DNA of 64,000 bases from an uncultured Gemmatimonadales bacterium (GTDB taxonomy: Bacteria > Gemmatimonadota > Gemmatimonadetes > Gemmatimonadales > GWC2-71-9), in NCBI GenBank assembly GCA_963821525.1, contig CAWGED010000018.1, forward strand, positions 259-64,258, in the 5' to 3' direction. Below are positions 1 to 10,275 of the stretch, piece by piece. Both the position numbers and the translations under genes were made by a program. The number at the start of each line of letters is the position of its first letter. The stretch's first letter is position 1. Under the pieces are notes generated by a model, which had not been told where the DNA came from, ran no database searches, and worked only from the letters and a program-made list of their open reading frames with translations.

Positions 1-122
1 CCCGGAATGTTGGTCAGCGCTTTTGCCATGAGCGGCGTGACCGTGGGCTCCTGGGCGGCCAACCTGCCGGTAAGGGCGAGGCAGGCCAGCGATCCTGCCA
101 AGGCGATGTTCAAGGTGCGCAT
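1..122 (-). CDS. 5' end of a secreted-protein gene that continues past the left edge
   Basis: Minus-strand ATG at 120-122 with GGAGA 8 nt upstream; reads MRTLNIALAGSLACLALTGRLAAQEPTVTPLMAKALTNIPG (signal-peptide-like). Truncated by the window edge, so not in the ORF track. Confidence 0.4.
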   Translation of the reverse strand, partial: MRTLNIALAGSLACLALTGRLAAQEPTVTPLMAKALTNIP

Positions 123-324
123 CGTACAGTTCTCCATTGGGTGCCGGGCTACTCCTCGAACGGAGCTTCCATCAGGAAATCTACCGTCCCTACGGCCGCT
201 TGTAGCCCGGCACAAAATGGCAGTCAGCTTCGCGTAGCCTGGGCATCCAGCTCCGATTTTCAGCTTCTCGCTGACCTCGCCGCAGGATCCTACCCGATCG
301 CCAAACCAACGTCCAGCCTCGGAG

Positions 325-678
325 GTGTCCAATCAACCCCCGCGTCCTGCTGCAGAGTTCCGGGCTGCTCGTCGTTTCCGATGTCTTCATGACCTTCGCC
401 TGGTACGCTCACCTGCTAGCAACCTCAGCGGGAGCCCGTGGTATGTCGCGGCCATCGCCAGCTGGGGCGTGGCACTTCTCGGTACCTGTTCAAGTCCCAG
501 CCAACGGATCGGCTACACCGCGTTGAGCCTCGGCCAGCTCAAGATCATGCAGGAAGTGATCACGCTGGTTGTCTTCGTTCCGTTCGCGGTGTTTTACATG
601 CGCCAGCCGATCCGGCTGGACTATCTATCAGCGGGACTTTGCATCCTGGGGGCGGTGTGCTTTCTGTTTCGGCGGTAG
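325..678 (+). pseudogene. DUF486-type small DMT-like membrane protein, reading frame broken several times
   Basis: ORF 325-678 ends LGQLKIMQEVITLVVFVPFAVFYMRQPIRLDYLSAGLCILGAVCFLF. Family-like blocks FMTFAWYAHL, PWYVAAIASWGVALL, QVPAN and RIGY lie in different frames between 386 and 520. Confidence 0.6.
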
Positions 679-695
679 GTGTGGAGAGCGGCGAG

Positions 696-802
696 AGCCG
701 TCAGCCGTCAGAAAACCAATAGCGTAAGCCTGTTCGTCCAGCTTACGGCTTGAGGCTTACGGCGGTTATCTAAAGACGGCTAATGGCTGATGGCTGAATG
801 GC
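696..802. repeat. heptamer-array palindrome (AGCCGTC x2 ... GACGGCT AATGGCT GATGGCT GAATGGC) with inner hairpin CGTAAGC-N11-GCTTACG
   Basis: Read directly; the arms are reverse-complementary 7-nt word arrays. Lies just downstream of the DUF486 stop. Confidence 0.6.
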
Positions 803-822
803 CGATGATGGACTTGAACCCC
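799..822 (-). repeat. tRNA-Val 3'-end-like fragment
   Basis: TGGCCGATGATGGACTTGAACCCC matches 22 of 24 nt of 11887-11910 (3' acceptor/T-arm of the intact tRNA-Val), same orientation. Confidence 0.5.
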
Positions 823-890
823 ATCTGGGCTCCGTTCATGCCGACCCCTGGGGGAGGACCCGGCGAAGCAATCGAGAAGGGGGTGGACCG

Positions 891-1342
891 ATGGATTCCC
901 GCCTGTTGATGACATTGCAGGTCGTGGTCATGGGCGCACAGAAGATCGGCGCCACACCTCTTGGTACTCGTGTTTTCGTACCGATAGGAAGCGGCGACTT
1001 CGAGGGCCCACGGCTGCGTGGAAAAGTGCTGCCTGGCGGTGGTGATTGGACCCTGCTCCGGGGAGAACGGCGTCCTCGAGCTGGACTTACGGCTGACGCT
1101 CGAGACGGATGACGGCGCCCTGATTCACATGCGGTCCTTCGGCCTTCGCCACGGACCACCCCGAAGTGATCGCAGCGCTCGGCCGGGCAAGAGCGTCGAC
1201 TCCTCGACCTACTACTTCCGGACCACTCCTCGTTTCGAGCCCGGAGACCCGAGGTACGGGTTCCTCGAACCGCCTACTCGCCGTATCGAGCGGCGATCGG
1301 CGCGCCACAGGACCCGTTTACACAATTGACGAGATCCTGTGA
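891..1342 (+). pseudogene. DUF3237-family protein, frame broken at least 3-4 times
   Basis: ATG 891 follows GAAGGGGG. GATPLGTRVFVPIGSGDFEGPRLRGKVLPGGGDW is in the ORF 798 frame. GVLELDLRLTLETDDGALIHMRSFGLRHGPP and YYFRTTPRFEPGDPRYGFL are in the ORF 1018 frame. EVIAALGR and the C-terminus NRLLAVSSGDRRATGPVYTIDEIL (stop 1340-1342) are in the third frame. Confidence 0.6.
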
Positions 1343-1510
1343 GGGCCACGAGGACGATGCGCACTCGTCCCGCTCGAGAGTTCCGCTTCATTACTTGACG
1401 AAGGAAAGCCGATTCGGGAACGACGGATGACGCTCGGCAGGCGCGCCATCCGCCATGCGACGTTTGAACTTCCTTGACCTACCGAGAGCGACTTGAACCC
1501 CACGCGCAGC

Positions 1511-2705
1511 TCATTTTACGAAGAGCTGTGGCTGTTCCCAGGCGGCAAAGTGCCCGCCTTTGGCGACGGCGTTGAAATGGATGAGATTGTGGTAGGCGCG
1601 CGCGGTCCAACTCCGCGGCGCTTGGTAGACCTCTTCAGGGAAAACGCTAACGGCGGCCGGAACGGAGATGCTGAAGTCGTTGAAGAAGGCGCCCTTGTAT
1701 TCCCGATAGAGGCGAGCGCAGGACACGCCCGTGTTCGTCAACCAGGAGAGGGTGATGTTGTCGAGGATGTCGTCCCGTGTGAGGTCGCCGTAGGGCTCCC
1801 CATCGACAAAGAGTTTCACGATGTGCCCGTAGCTGGCTACGTCGTGGTCGATCATCCAGGCGGCAAGGGCGACGGGTGAGTCCGCCAACCCGTAAAGGGT
1901 TTGCGGGTGTGCGGCCATCATGATTTGCGTAGGGACGTGCTGGTAAAGGACGCCGATCTGGTCGTATGCCCGCTGCTCCTCAGCCGAGAGGCCGGCCGGC
2001 GGCGGCCCGCCGGATTGAAGCGCCTTGGAAACTTCAGCGGGCGCGGTACCGGGGAAGTTCACATGGATGCCGATCAACTCAGGAGGTGCCTGTAGAGCCA
2101 TCGCGTTCGTGACGAACCCACCCCAATCACCGCCTTGCGCCGCGAATCGGTTGTACCCGAGGCGCTTCATCAACTCCACCCACGCCCGCGCCATGCGAGC
2201 TGGGTCCCAACCCGGCGTAGTGGGCTTGCCTGAAAACCCGTAGCCGGCCATCGACGGGATCACCAGGTGGAAGGCGTCCGACGCGCTGCCGCCGTGAGCC
2301 GTGGGGTTGGTCAGCGGATCGATGATCTTCAGCTGCTCGATAGGCGAGCCCGGCCAGCCGTGGGTGACGATGAGCGGCATGGCATCTTCATGTCTCGACC
2401 GGACGTGAATGAAGTGGATATCCAGCCCGTCGATCTCGGTGATGAATTGGGGATGAGAGTTCAGTTCCGCCTCGCACCTTCGCCAGTTGTAATCGGTCGC
2501 CCAATACCGCGCGAGCGCTTGAATGAAGGCGAGTTGCACGCCCTGCGAGGGATCGGCAACGGTTTCCTTCTCCGGGAATCGCGTCGGCGTTGATACGCCG
2601 GCGCAATTCGGTAAGTTCCGCTTCCGGTACATTCACTTGAAACGGGCGAATCGCGGTCGTGTCTGCTGCCTGTCGGCTATCGGGTCTGGTAATGGTCTGG
2701 GCCAC
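1511..2705 (-). pseudogene. epoxide hydrolase (EHN N-terminal domain plus alpha/beta hydrolase), one frame break near 2590-2610
   Basis: ORF 1511-2632 carries HGWPGS, GGDWGG and [10 protein letters not shown]. The N-terminal [22 protein letters not shown] sits in the frame of ORF 2388-2909. GTG 2703-2705 is preceded by AAGGAGG; the 1195-nt span is not a multiple of 3. Confidence 0.75.
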
Positions 2706-2785
2706 GGTATCCTCCTTTGAGTGCGAAAGTGGTGGGGATGAGGAGGACGGCGCGCATTTGCCACGCGCCGTCTTCCCGTCTCGGA

Positions 2786-4021
2786 CTAGCGAAGCGACTT
2801 GAAGCCGCGCGCAGCTCCGACACGAAGAGTGCCGGTTGTTCCCATGCCGCGAAGTGTCCGCCGCGGTCGACCTCGTTGAAGTAGGCGAGGCCGGGGTAGA
2901 CCGCTCCACCCAGCTGCGCGGGGCAGCCCAGATCTCGCCGGGGAACGTCGTAAGCCGACGGGAACCGAGACCGCCGGAGGAGCCTGGCCGCTCGCAAGCG
3001 CTGCGGCCAGCGCTCGTCCGTCCTCCCAGTACGACCGGGCCGCCGAAGCTGCGGTGCCGGTCAGCCAGTACAGCGTGATGTTGTCGACGATGGTGTCCCG
3101 GGTGAGATTGCCCACGGGCTCGCCGTCGACGAACGCGCGGGAGATCTTGTAGTAGCTGTCCGTGTCGTGGTCGAGCAACCAGGCCGCCAGCGCGACGGGT
3201 GAATCCAGCAGGCCGTAGCCGATCGTCTGTGGCCGCGTTGCCATCTCGAGGAAGTAGCCGAAGCCGTCCTCCTGAACGTCGCGAGCGCCTTGGCCGCTGC
3301 GCGTTCCTGTTCGGATTCCTTGGGCAGTTGATCGCCGATTGCGAGCACCGCCGTGAGCAGGTTCATGTGGATGCCGACCAATCCTTCGACCGCCTGGCGG
3401 CCCATCAGGTCCGTGACGAGGGCACCCACGTCGCCGCCCTGGGCGACATAGCGGGTGTAGCCGAGGCGGTGCATCAGCTCCGCCCACGCGCGTGCGGTGC
3501 GGCCGGAGTCCCAGCCGAGCTCGGTCGGCTCACCCGAGAACCCGTAGCCCGGCAACGACGGCAGCACCAGGTGGAATGCGTCCCGGCGCGTGCCGCCGTG
3601 CGCGGTCGGGTCGGTCAGCGGACCGACGGTCTCGAGCAGCTCGATGACCGAGCCGGGCCAGCCATGGGTCATGATCAGCGGCAACGCGTTCTCATGCCGC
3701 GACCTGACGTGGATGAAGTGGATCTCCACGCCGTCGATCTCGGTCATGAACTGCGGCAACGCGTTCAGCTTGCGCCTCGGCACTTGCGCCAGTCGTACTC
3801 GGTCGCCCAGTAGCGGGCGAGCTCTGCAGCGTCGCGAGCTGCACGCCCTGCGACCGATCCTCGACGAGCTCCTGGTGGAGGCAAGCGCGTGGCCTCGATG
3901 CGCCGGCGCAGTTCGACAAGGTCCGCCTCCGGAACGTCCACGTGAAACGGACGAATACCGGGACTGGTGCCGGCCTGCTGTCGTGCCGCATCAGTCTGTG
4001 TGTTTCAGTCTTAGCAGTCAT
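2786..4021 (-). pseudogene. second epoxide hydrolase paralogue, at least five frame breaks
   Basis: ATG 4021 follows [113 protein letters not shown] and [13 protein letters not shown] are spread over three frames. Confidence 0.7.
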
Positions 4022-4377
4022 AGCTTCCACCTCCTGAAAAAAGCGCGAACACCCAGCTGGCAGCCGGCAACGGGAGCGGTGGCGGGACCAACAAAGCGAC
4101 GGCGATTGGGATCAGGCATGGTGGTCATGTCCATGCGCGGTGTGCGGTCAAGTGCCGGTCATGGCGAGGATCTCCTAGCACACTGATAGGAGGTCTGGGG
4201 GTGTACGGGACCCCTTCGAGTTGGTCACGGGCGCTCCTCGCCGGGAGGATTGTCCGTTGCGCATGTCCGATCCAATCGGATGCGCTACCAGAAGCGGGGG
4301 GAAACAAACTCTCGAAGGGTGGCGGCCCATCAATTGGACTTTGGACTATCATCTCGATGGGGTACCTCGGCGTGAGT

Positions 4378-4781
4378 CACGGCCGCAGGCCGGCGCGGAT
4401 CACACCCTGACTGACCTCCATGCGGGGAATTCCCTCTTTACTTTTGGTTGGAAATGGCGGCCAGAAGAATCGAACCCCCGCGCGGGGGTCTCGAATCGAC
4501 GGCGGAGACTTCTGTTACACGCATGGGCGATGAGGGACTTGACGCGAGGACGGAGGGCCAAGTGATCTCCAAGAGCCCGAAGCTGCTCCGAGATGCGGTC
4601 CTTGGCGGGGCCACTCTTGCCATGGCAGGCTGCGGCTGGATCGACATTGCAGCCGGGTCCAAAGTGAGGACGGTTTCCAAGTGAAAGCACCCATCCAACA
4701 CACAGTTCGCGTCAGGTAAATCCCGCGGCAAAGACCGTCACTGGACGCAACATTCGCGAGCACGGCCGCAGGCCGGCGCGG
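4378..4781 (+). repeat. exact 21-nt direct repeat pair CACGGCCGCAGGCCGGCGCGG (4378-4398 and 4761-4781)
   Basis: Both copies read directly. They bracket 362 nt of non-coding sequence containing two tRNA 3'-end-like fragments. Confidence 0.75.
4524..4542 (-). repeat. tRNA-Val 3'-end fragment (19 of 19 nt)
   Basis: TGGGCGATGAGGGACTTGA is identical to 11887-11905. The flank GACGCGAGGACGGAG resembles the flank of the copy at 10276-10292. Confidence 0.6.
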
Positions 4782-4789
4782 GGCTCCCC

Positions 4790-4864
4790 GTCAGCCGTCA
4801 GCCATAAGCCATAGGCTAAGGTTTACATTCGCCGAGCAGACAGCTGACGGCTGAGGGCTTACGC
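4790..4864. repeat. heptamer-array palindrome (GTCAGCC GTCAGCC ATAAGCC ATAGGCT ... CTGACGG CTGAGGG CTTACGC)
   Basis: Read directly. Same word family as 696-802 and 10594-10628. Confidence 0.55.
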
Positions 4865-5042
4865 TCCTTGACCAACGGACGATGAGGGGCTCGGGACCCG
4901 GCGGCGTCTCCCGCTTCCCCCGCCGCAGAGTCCTCTGTCGAAGCTCTCCGTCTGAAGGTTGCGCGATCCTGCCCCCGACGGTACTAATGGCTGGACCCGC
5001 TGACCCCTTGCCTCCGCACGTTCCCCACCTCGGAGGTCGCAG

Positions 5043-5186
5043 ATGGACAGTACTACAGGCCCGCCCGCTCCGGGTGCGACGGTTCTCACCCGCGCCCTGT
5101 GCCTGCTCATCCTGGCTCTGATGGCCGCCGCGGCCGGCTACGGCGCGACCATGGCGCTCCGCTACTTCCGCCAGATCGGTGTCTGA
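5043..5186 (+). CDS. 47-aa single-TM protein upstream of norC
   Basis: ATG 5043 lies 6 nt after GGAGG. Reads MDSTTGPPAPGATVLTRALCLLILALMAAAAGYGATMALRYFRQIGV and stops 12 nt before norC. Below the ORF-track length cut-off. Confidence 0.45.
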   Translation: MDSTTGPPAPGATVLTRALCLLILALMAAAAGYGATMALRYFRQIGV

Positions 5187-5198
5187 CCCGGGGGGTCC

Positions 5199-6014
5199 AT
5201 GAACAAACGACAGACGCGGGCATTTTTTCTTGGTTCCACCGCTCTCTTCTCGCTGGTCTTTCTCGCTCTCACAATCGACAGCCACCGACAGTTCGCCACG
5301 CTGACCCATGCCGACCAGATCACGCCGGAGGTCGTCGCCGGGAAGCATGTGTGGCACCGAAAGAACTGCATCAACTGCCACACTCTCCTCGGCGAGGGCG
5401 CGTATTACGCCCCCGACCTGACCAAGATCGCCGAGCAGCGGGGAGCGCCCTACTTGCGCGCCTTCCTGGCCGATCCCTCCAAGTTTTACAACGAGGAGCG
5501 GGACCGGCGCCTCATGCCGAACCTGAAACTGTCGGCCCAGGAGATCGACGAGGTGATCGCCTTCCTGACCTGGGTGGGGAAGATCGACAACCATGGCTGG
5601 CCTCCTCGGCCCATCATGGTCTCCGGAGCTGCGATTCCGGGCAGCAACGTCGGCGGGGCGGTTCCGCAGGCGGCCTCGGATGATCCGGTGGCAATCGGGC
5701 AGGCGCTCTTCAGCCAGTCGCCACCGGGGTGCTTTGCCTGTCACTCGACCGCGACCGGCGTGAACCTGGTGGGCCCGTCATTGGCGGGGATCGCCGCGAC
5801 GGCAGCGGCACGCATCGGCGCCGCGGACTACCACGGCAAGGCGACCGACGCGGCAAGCTACATCCACGAGTCGATCCTGGATCCCAACGCCGACCTGGTT
5901 CCCGGGCCGACCTTCTCGAGCAACGGCCAGTCCATGATGCCGCCGGGCTTCGGCCAGTCGCTCCAGCCGGCCCAGGTGGATGCGCTGGTGGCCTACCTCA
6001 TGACTCTCAAGTAG
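5199..6014 (+). CDS. norC: nitric-oxide reductase subunit C fused to a second c-type cytochrome domain
   Basis: TM anchor FFLGSTALFSLVFLALTI, then haem-c motifs CINCH (NorC-like part) and CFACH (extra class-I cytochrome c domain). Directly precedes norB. Confidence 0.8.
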   Translation: MNKRQTRAFFLGSTALFSLVFLALTIDSHRQFATLTHADQITPEVVAGKHVWHRKNCINCHTLLGEGAYYAPDLTKIAEQRGAPYLRAFLADPSKFYNEERDRRLMPNLKLSAQEIDEVIAFLTWVGKIDNHGWPPRPIMVSGAAIPGSNVGGAVPQAASDDPVAIGQALFSQSPPGCFACHSTATGVNLVGPSLAGIAATAAARIGAADYHGKATDAASYIHESILDPNADLVPGPTFSSNGQSMMPPGFGQSLQPAQVDALVAYLMTLK

Positions 6015-6026
6015 CAAGGAGCGGAG

Positions 6027-7393
6027 ATGCGCTATCGCACGCAGACCGTCGCCTACGCCTACTTCGTCGTGGCCCTGCTGCTCTATGGACTGCAGATGGT
6101 GTTCGGCATTCTCTCCATCGCCAAGTACCTGGGACCCGACCCGATCAAGGCATTCCTGCCGTTTGACGTGAGTAAGGAGATCCACACCAACCTGCTCATC
6201 GTGTGGGTGCTGACCGGGTTCATGGGCGCCACCTATTGGCTGGTGCCGGAGGAGTCGCGGAGCGAGCTCCACTCGCCGCGGCTCGCCTACTGGCAGCTCG
6301 GCCTGTGGACTACCGCGGGGGTGACCGCTGTGGTGGGCTACCTGTTCCGGTGGACCGAGGGGAACAAGCTGCTGGAGCAGCCGATGCCGGTGAAGTTGGC
6401 GATCGTCGTCGTGATGCTGATGTTCCTGTACAACATCGGAATGACCATCTGGAAGGTGAAACGCTTCACCACTACGCTGGGCGTGCTGCTGGCAGGGCTG
6501 GCCCTCACCGCCGTCCTCTACCTGCCGGCGCTATTCACCTTCGACAACTACACCGTCAGCATCTACTACCGGTGGTGGACCGTCCACCTGTGGGTTGAGG
6601 GGGTGTGGGAGATGGTGCAGGGCGCGCTCCTGGCCTACCTGCTGATCCGACTCTCCGGAGCGGACCGGGAGGTGATGGAGAAATGGCTCTACGTGATCGT
6701 CGGGCTCACCTTCATCGCCGGGATCCTCGGCACGGCGCACCACTACTTCTGGATCGGAGTGCCGAGTTACTGGCAGGCCATCGGCGGGGTCTTCAGCGCG
6801 CTCGAACCGCTGGCCTTCCTGGGGATGGCGATCTATGCCTACATGGCCATTCGGCGCTCCGGGCCCGCTCACCCCAACCGTCTTGCGCTTCACTGGACCA
6901 TCGGAAGCGCGGTGTTCTCCGCCCTGGAGCCGGGATTCTGGGACTGGCCCACACCTGGCCTTCGGTGAACAAGTGGACCCACGGCACCATGATCACCGCG
7001 ATGCACGGGCACATGGCCTTCTTCGGAGCGTATGTGATGATCGTGCTGGCGATGATTACCTACGCGGCGCCCGGGCTGTTCGGTCACGACCAGGAGGCGG
7101 GAGAGTCGCCGACTGGAATCTGGGCGTTTTGGCTGCAGATGGGCGGGATGTTCGGGATGACGATGGCGTTCGCCGCGGCGGGAATCGGCCAGACCTACCT
7201 GGAGCGCATCATGGGCCTCGGGTACCTCGAGACCCAGCACAAGATTCAGGTGCATTTTCTCATGGTGCTTGGCACCGGGTTGTTGTTCAGCCTCGGTGTC
7301 GGGCTTTTCCTCTACGACTTCTTCTTCCTGGCGCCCCGGCGTCGCGGTTCACCTGCGGCTTGGCCGGCCGTCGCGACTGAGTCACAGGGTTGA
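6027..7393 (+). CDS. norB: nitric-oxide reductase subunit B (haem-copper oxidase family), one frame break at about 6926
   Basis: WWTVHLWVEGVWE and GTAHHYFW are in ORF 6027-6968. NKWTHGTMITAMHGHMAFFGAY is in ORF 6605-7393. The frames rejoin if CTGGAG at 6924-6929 were CTGGGAG. Confidence 0.8.
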
Positions 7394-7397
7394 TGCC

Positions 7398-8234
7398 ATG
7401 CACCCGCAGCGACTAGCGACGCTCTCGCGCACGCTCCCGGATGGGCTCCGCCATCCGGACGGGGGGGAGCCTTTTTACCTCCCGGTTGGAAACGAGATCG
7501 CGGTCTTCGGGGAGTGCCACCGGAGGGGGCTGGCGGTCATGCTCAAGGGGCCAACGGGATGCGGCAAGACCCGGTTCGTGGAGCACATGGCCTGGCGCCT
7601 CAAACGGCCGCTCGTGACGGTGGCCTGCCACGACGATCTCTCGGCCAGCGATCTGACCGGGCGCTGGCTGATACGGGGCGGCGAAACCGAGTGGCAGGAT
7701 GGTCCCCTCGCACGCGCGGCGCGACTGGGGGCGATCTGCTACCTCGACGAGGTGGTAGAGGCCCGCCAGGATGTGATCGTCGTGATTCACCCACTTACCG
7801 ACGATCGCCGAATGCTGCCGATCGAAAAGACCGGCGAGCTGGTCGAGGCTGCGCCGGGGTTTCAGCTGGTCGTCTCCTACAATCCCGGTTACCAGCACGT
7901 GCTCAAGGATCTCAAGCCGAGCACCCGGCAGCGATTTGTGGCCCTCGAATTCGATTTCCCTCCCGCCGACCTCGAGCGCCGGGTGGTCATGCACGAAGGG
8001 GGCGTGGACGACGCGACCGCCGGAGCGTTGGTGGAGCTGGCGGGCCGGATTCGGCGGCTTCGGGACCGGGGGCTGGCCGAGGTGCCCAGCAGTCGGCTCC
8101 TCGTGGCGACGGCCCGGCTCATCAGCGGTGGCATCGCCCCGACCGAGTCTTGCCGGGTTGCCCTCCTGGCGCCGCTCACTGATGACCCCGATCTGCTCGC
8201 TGCTATCGACGACCTGATCACCGCGAGTTTCTGA
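7398..8234 (+). CDS. norQ: NorQ/CbbQ-type MoxR AAA+ ATPase
   Basis: Walker A GPTGCGKT and Walker B ICYLDEV. Internal ATG 7398 of ORF 7269-8234 lies 4 nt after the norB stop. Confidence 0.85.
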   Translation: MHPQRLATLSRTLPDGLRHPDGGEPFYLPVGNEIAVFGECHRRGLAVMLKGPTGCGKTRFVEHMAWRLKRPLVTVACHDDLSASDLTGRWLIRGGETEWQDGPLARAARLGAICYLDEVVEARQDVIVVIHPLTDDRRMLPIEKTGELVEAAPGFQLVVSYNPGYQHVLKDLKPSTRQRFVALEFDFPPADLERRVVMHEGGVDDATAGALVELAGRIRRLRDRGLAEVPSSRLLVATARLISGGIAPTESCRVALLAPLTDDPDLLAAIDDLITASF

Positions 8235-8238
8235 TCCG

Positions 8239-10239
8239 GTGGCGGAGCCCGAAGACGTCATCGCCGAAGCTGCCCTGCATGCCACGCGCCTGGCACGCGA
8301 GCTATGGGCCCGACGGGTGGCGCGGGTCGCGGAACAACGACCCGGATTGCAGGACCTGAGACGGCGCCTGGAGCTCTTCGTCGCCGCGGTCTTCCCCGAG
8401 GCTCCGGAAATCGGGACCGCGGAACCACCACCACCGCCGAGTTTCCTCGCACGCCTGGCCCGTCACCGCACATCCCATTTGTACAGTCCGCACGCCCTGG
8501 CTTCGATGGACGGCGTGCGAATCAGGCTCCCCGGGCGTCTCGATTCTCTCCCGCCGGGGCAGATCGCGGACCGATACCGGCTTCTGGCACTGGAGCAAGC
8601 GGCGCGTGCCCACCGTGGTACGAGGGCCGTCCTTCCCGCCGGGGATGCGATGCTTCGGGATCTCTACCTGCTCGCCGAAGCTGCCGCGATCGACGCAACG
8701 CTGGTGCGCATGTTCCCTCGGTTTGCTGCGGCTCTCAGTGAGGCCCGGCGGGAAGCTGCGGACACCAGGGCGGTCGTTCGCCAGCCCTCCCATCAGGAGA
8801 TCGCGGTCGAGACCCTGGTGCGGGGACTGCTTGCCGCGGATCCAGCACTGCCGCCGGCGCCGTTCGTCGTCGCAGAAACCTCGGAGACCTCGCGCCAATG
8901 GGCTGAGACACACCGGCTGAAGCTGGCGGGCCTGGGCGGTCCCTATCGGGGCGTAACGCCGGTCCCACTTTGGGGTGCGATGGACGACGCGTTCGAGGCC
9001 CCTGCGACGGCCGCGCCAGGTGGAACCGACGAAAACCTCTCTCCGCCCGGCCGGAGCCGAATTCTTCCCAGACGTCCGCGCATCCGAGAGGCTTCCGAGG
9101 ATGAGGACGATTCCGAGCCCGGTACTTGGATGGTGCGGGCCGATGATCTGCAAGAGAAGGCCGAAGACCCGGCCGGGCTCCAGCGTCCCGCCGATCGGGA
9201 TCAGCAGGCGGACGCCGGAGAGCTCGCGGACGCACTGTCGGAGTTGCCCGAGGCGCGCCTGGTCCGGACGCCGGCGGCGGTGTCCGAGGTACTGGCGGGA
9301 GCCGACCCGATCCCCCGCGCACCGGGGCGCCCGGTCGGAGCCGAGCCGCGCGGCCTGGCCTATCCGGAGTGGGACTGCCGGGCGGGAGCTTATCGGGCTC
9401 GCGCCGCGGTTGTCCGGGAGCGGGTGGCCGAGGCGGGAAGCAACGTGTGGGTGGAAGCCATGCTGCGCCGGCATTCGTCCATGATCCGCACGGTCCGCCG
9501 GGACTTCGAGCGCCTCCGTCCGCGGCGCACGCTCCTTCGGCGCCAGCGGGAGGGTGCCGATCTGGATGTGGATGCACTGGTCGCGGCCCACGCCGATCGC
9601 CGTGGCGGGGGCGTAGCAGATGACCGATTCTATGTCGACACTCGGCCCGTGCGACGTGACGCGGCGATCGCCTTGTTGGTCGACGCAAGTGCATCCACCG
9701 ATGGGTGGGTCGCCGGCGACCGGCGAATCATCGACGTGGAGAAGGAGGCGTTGCTCATCGTCGGCGAAGCGCTCGCCTCACTGGGCGATCCGCACGCGGT
9801 GCTGGCCTTCGCAAGTTCAGGGCCTTCCCGAGTCACCGTCCGGGTGCTCAAGCGCTTCGACGAGGCCGCTGGAGGCGGAGACGTACTCCGCCGGATCGCA
9901 GGCCTCGAGCCGGATGGTTACACCCGCGTCGGTGCAGCGCTCCGGCACGTCACCGCGGGGCTTGTGCGCCAGCCGGTGCGGCATCGGTTGCTGCTACTCC
10001 TCTCCGACGGGCGGCCGAACGATGTGGACGAGTACGAGGGACGCTACGGCATTGAAGACACCCGCATGGCAGTAGCCGAGGCCCGGCGCCAGGCTGTCCA
10101 CGTCTTCTGCCTCACGGTGGACCGAGAAGCCCCCCGGTACGCGCCCCGGATCTTCGACCGGGGCTTCGCGGTGCTCTCCCGGGCGGAGCGCCTTCCCAGT
10201 GTTCTGACCACCCTCCTGCGCGACCTAGTGCGGGGGTGA
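8239..10239 (+). CDS. norD: NorD-type activation protein with C-terminal von Willebrand A domain
   Basis: 666 aa; VWA/MIDAS-like LLVDASASTDGW ... LLLLSDGRPND. Follows norQ. Confidence 0.8.
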   Translation: MAEPEDVIAEAALHATRLARELWARRVARVAEQRPGLQDLRRRLELFVAAVFPEAPEIGTAEPPPPPSFLARLARHRTSHLYSPHALASMDGVRIRLPGRLDSLPPGQIADRYRLLALEQAARAHRGTRAVLPAGDAMLRDLYLLAEAAAIDATLVRMFPRFAAALSEARREAADTRAVVRQPSHQEIAVETLVRGLLAADPALPPAPFVVAETSETSRQWAETHRLKLAGLGGPYRGVTPVPLWGAMDDAFEAPATAAPGGTDENLSPPGRSRILPRRPRIREASEDEDDSEPGTWMVRADDLQEKAEDPAGLQRPADRDQQADAGELADALSELPEARLVRTPAAVSEVLAGADPIPRAPGRPVGAEPRGLAYPEWDCRAGAYRARAAVVRERVAEAGSNVWVEAMLRRHSSMIRTVRRDFERLRPRRTLLRRQREGADLDVDALVAAHADRRGGGVADDRFYVDTRPVRRDAAIALLVDASASTDGWVAGDRRIIDVEKEALLIVGEALASLGDPHAVLAFASSGPSRVTVRVLKRFDEAAGGGDVLRRIAGLEPDGYTRVGAALRHVTAGLVRQPVRHRLLLLLSDGRPNDVDEYEGRYGIEDTRMAVAEARRQAVHVFCLTVDREAPRYAPRIFDRGFAVLSRAERLPSVLTTLLRDLVRG

Positions 10240-10275
10240 CCTGGGTGATTTCGAGGTGGTTGACGTCATGCGATC

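Noticed and set aside
4455-4479. A tRNA or tmRNA gene suggested by GGGGGTTCGATTCTTCTGGCCGCCA on the minus strand.
   Set aside because: The T-stem cannot pair (GGGGG versus CTTCT), and there is no matching 5' acceptor strand, D arm or anticodon arm. Treated as a decayed 3'-end fragment only.
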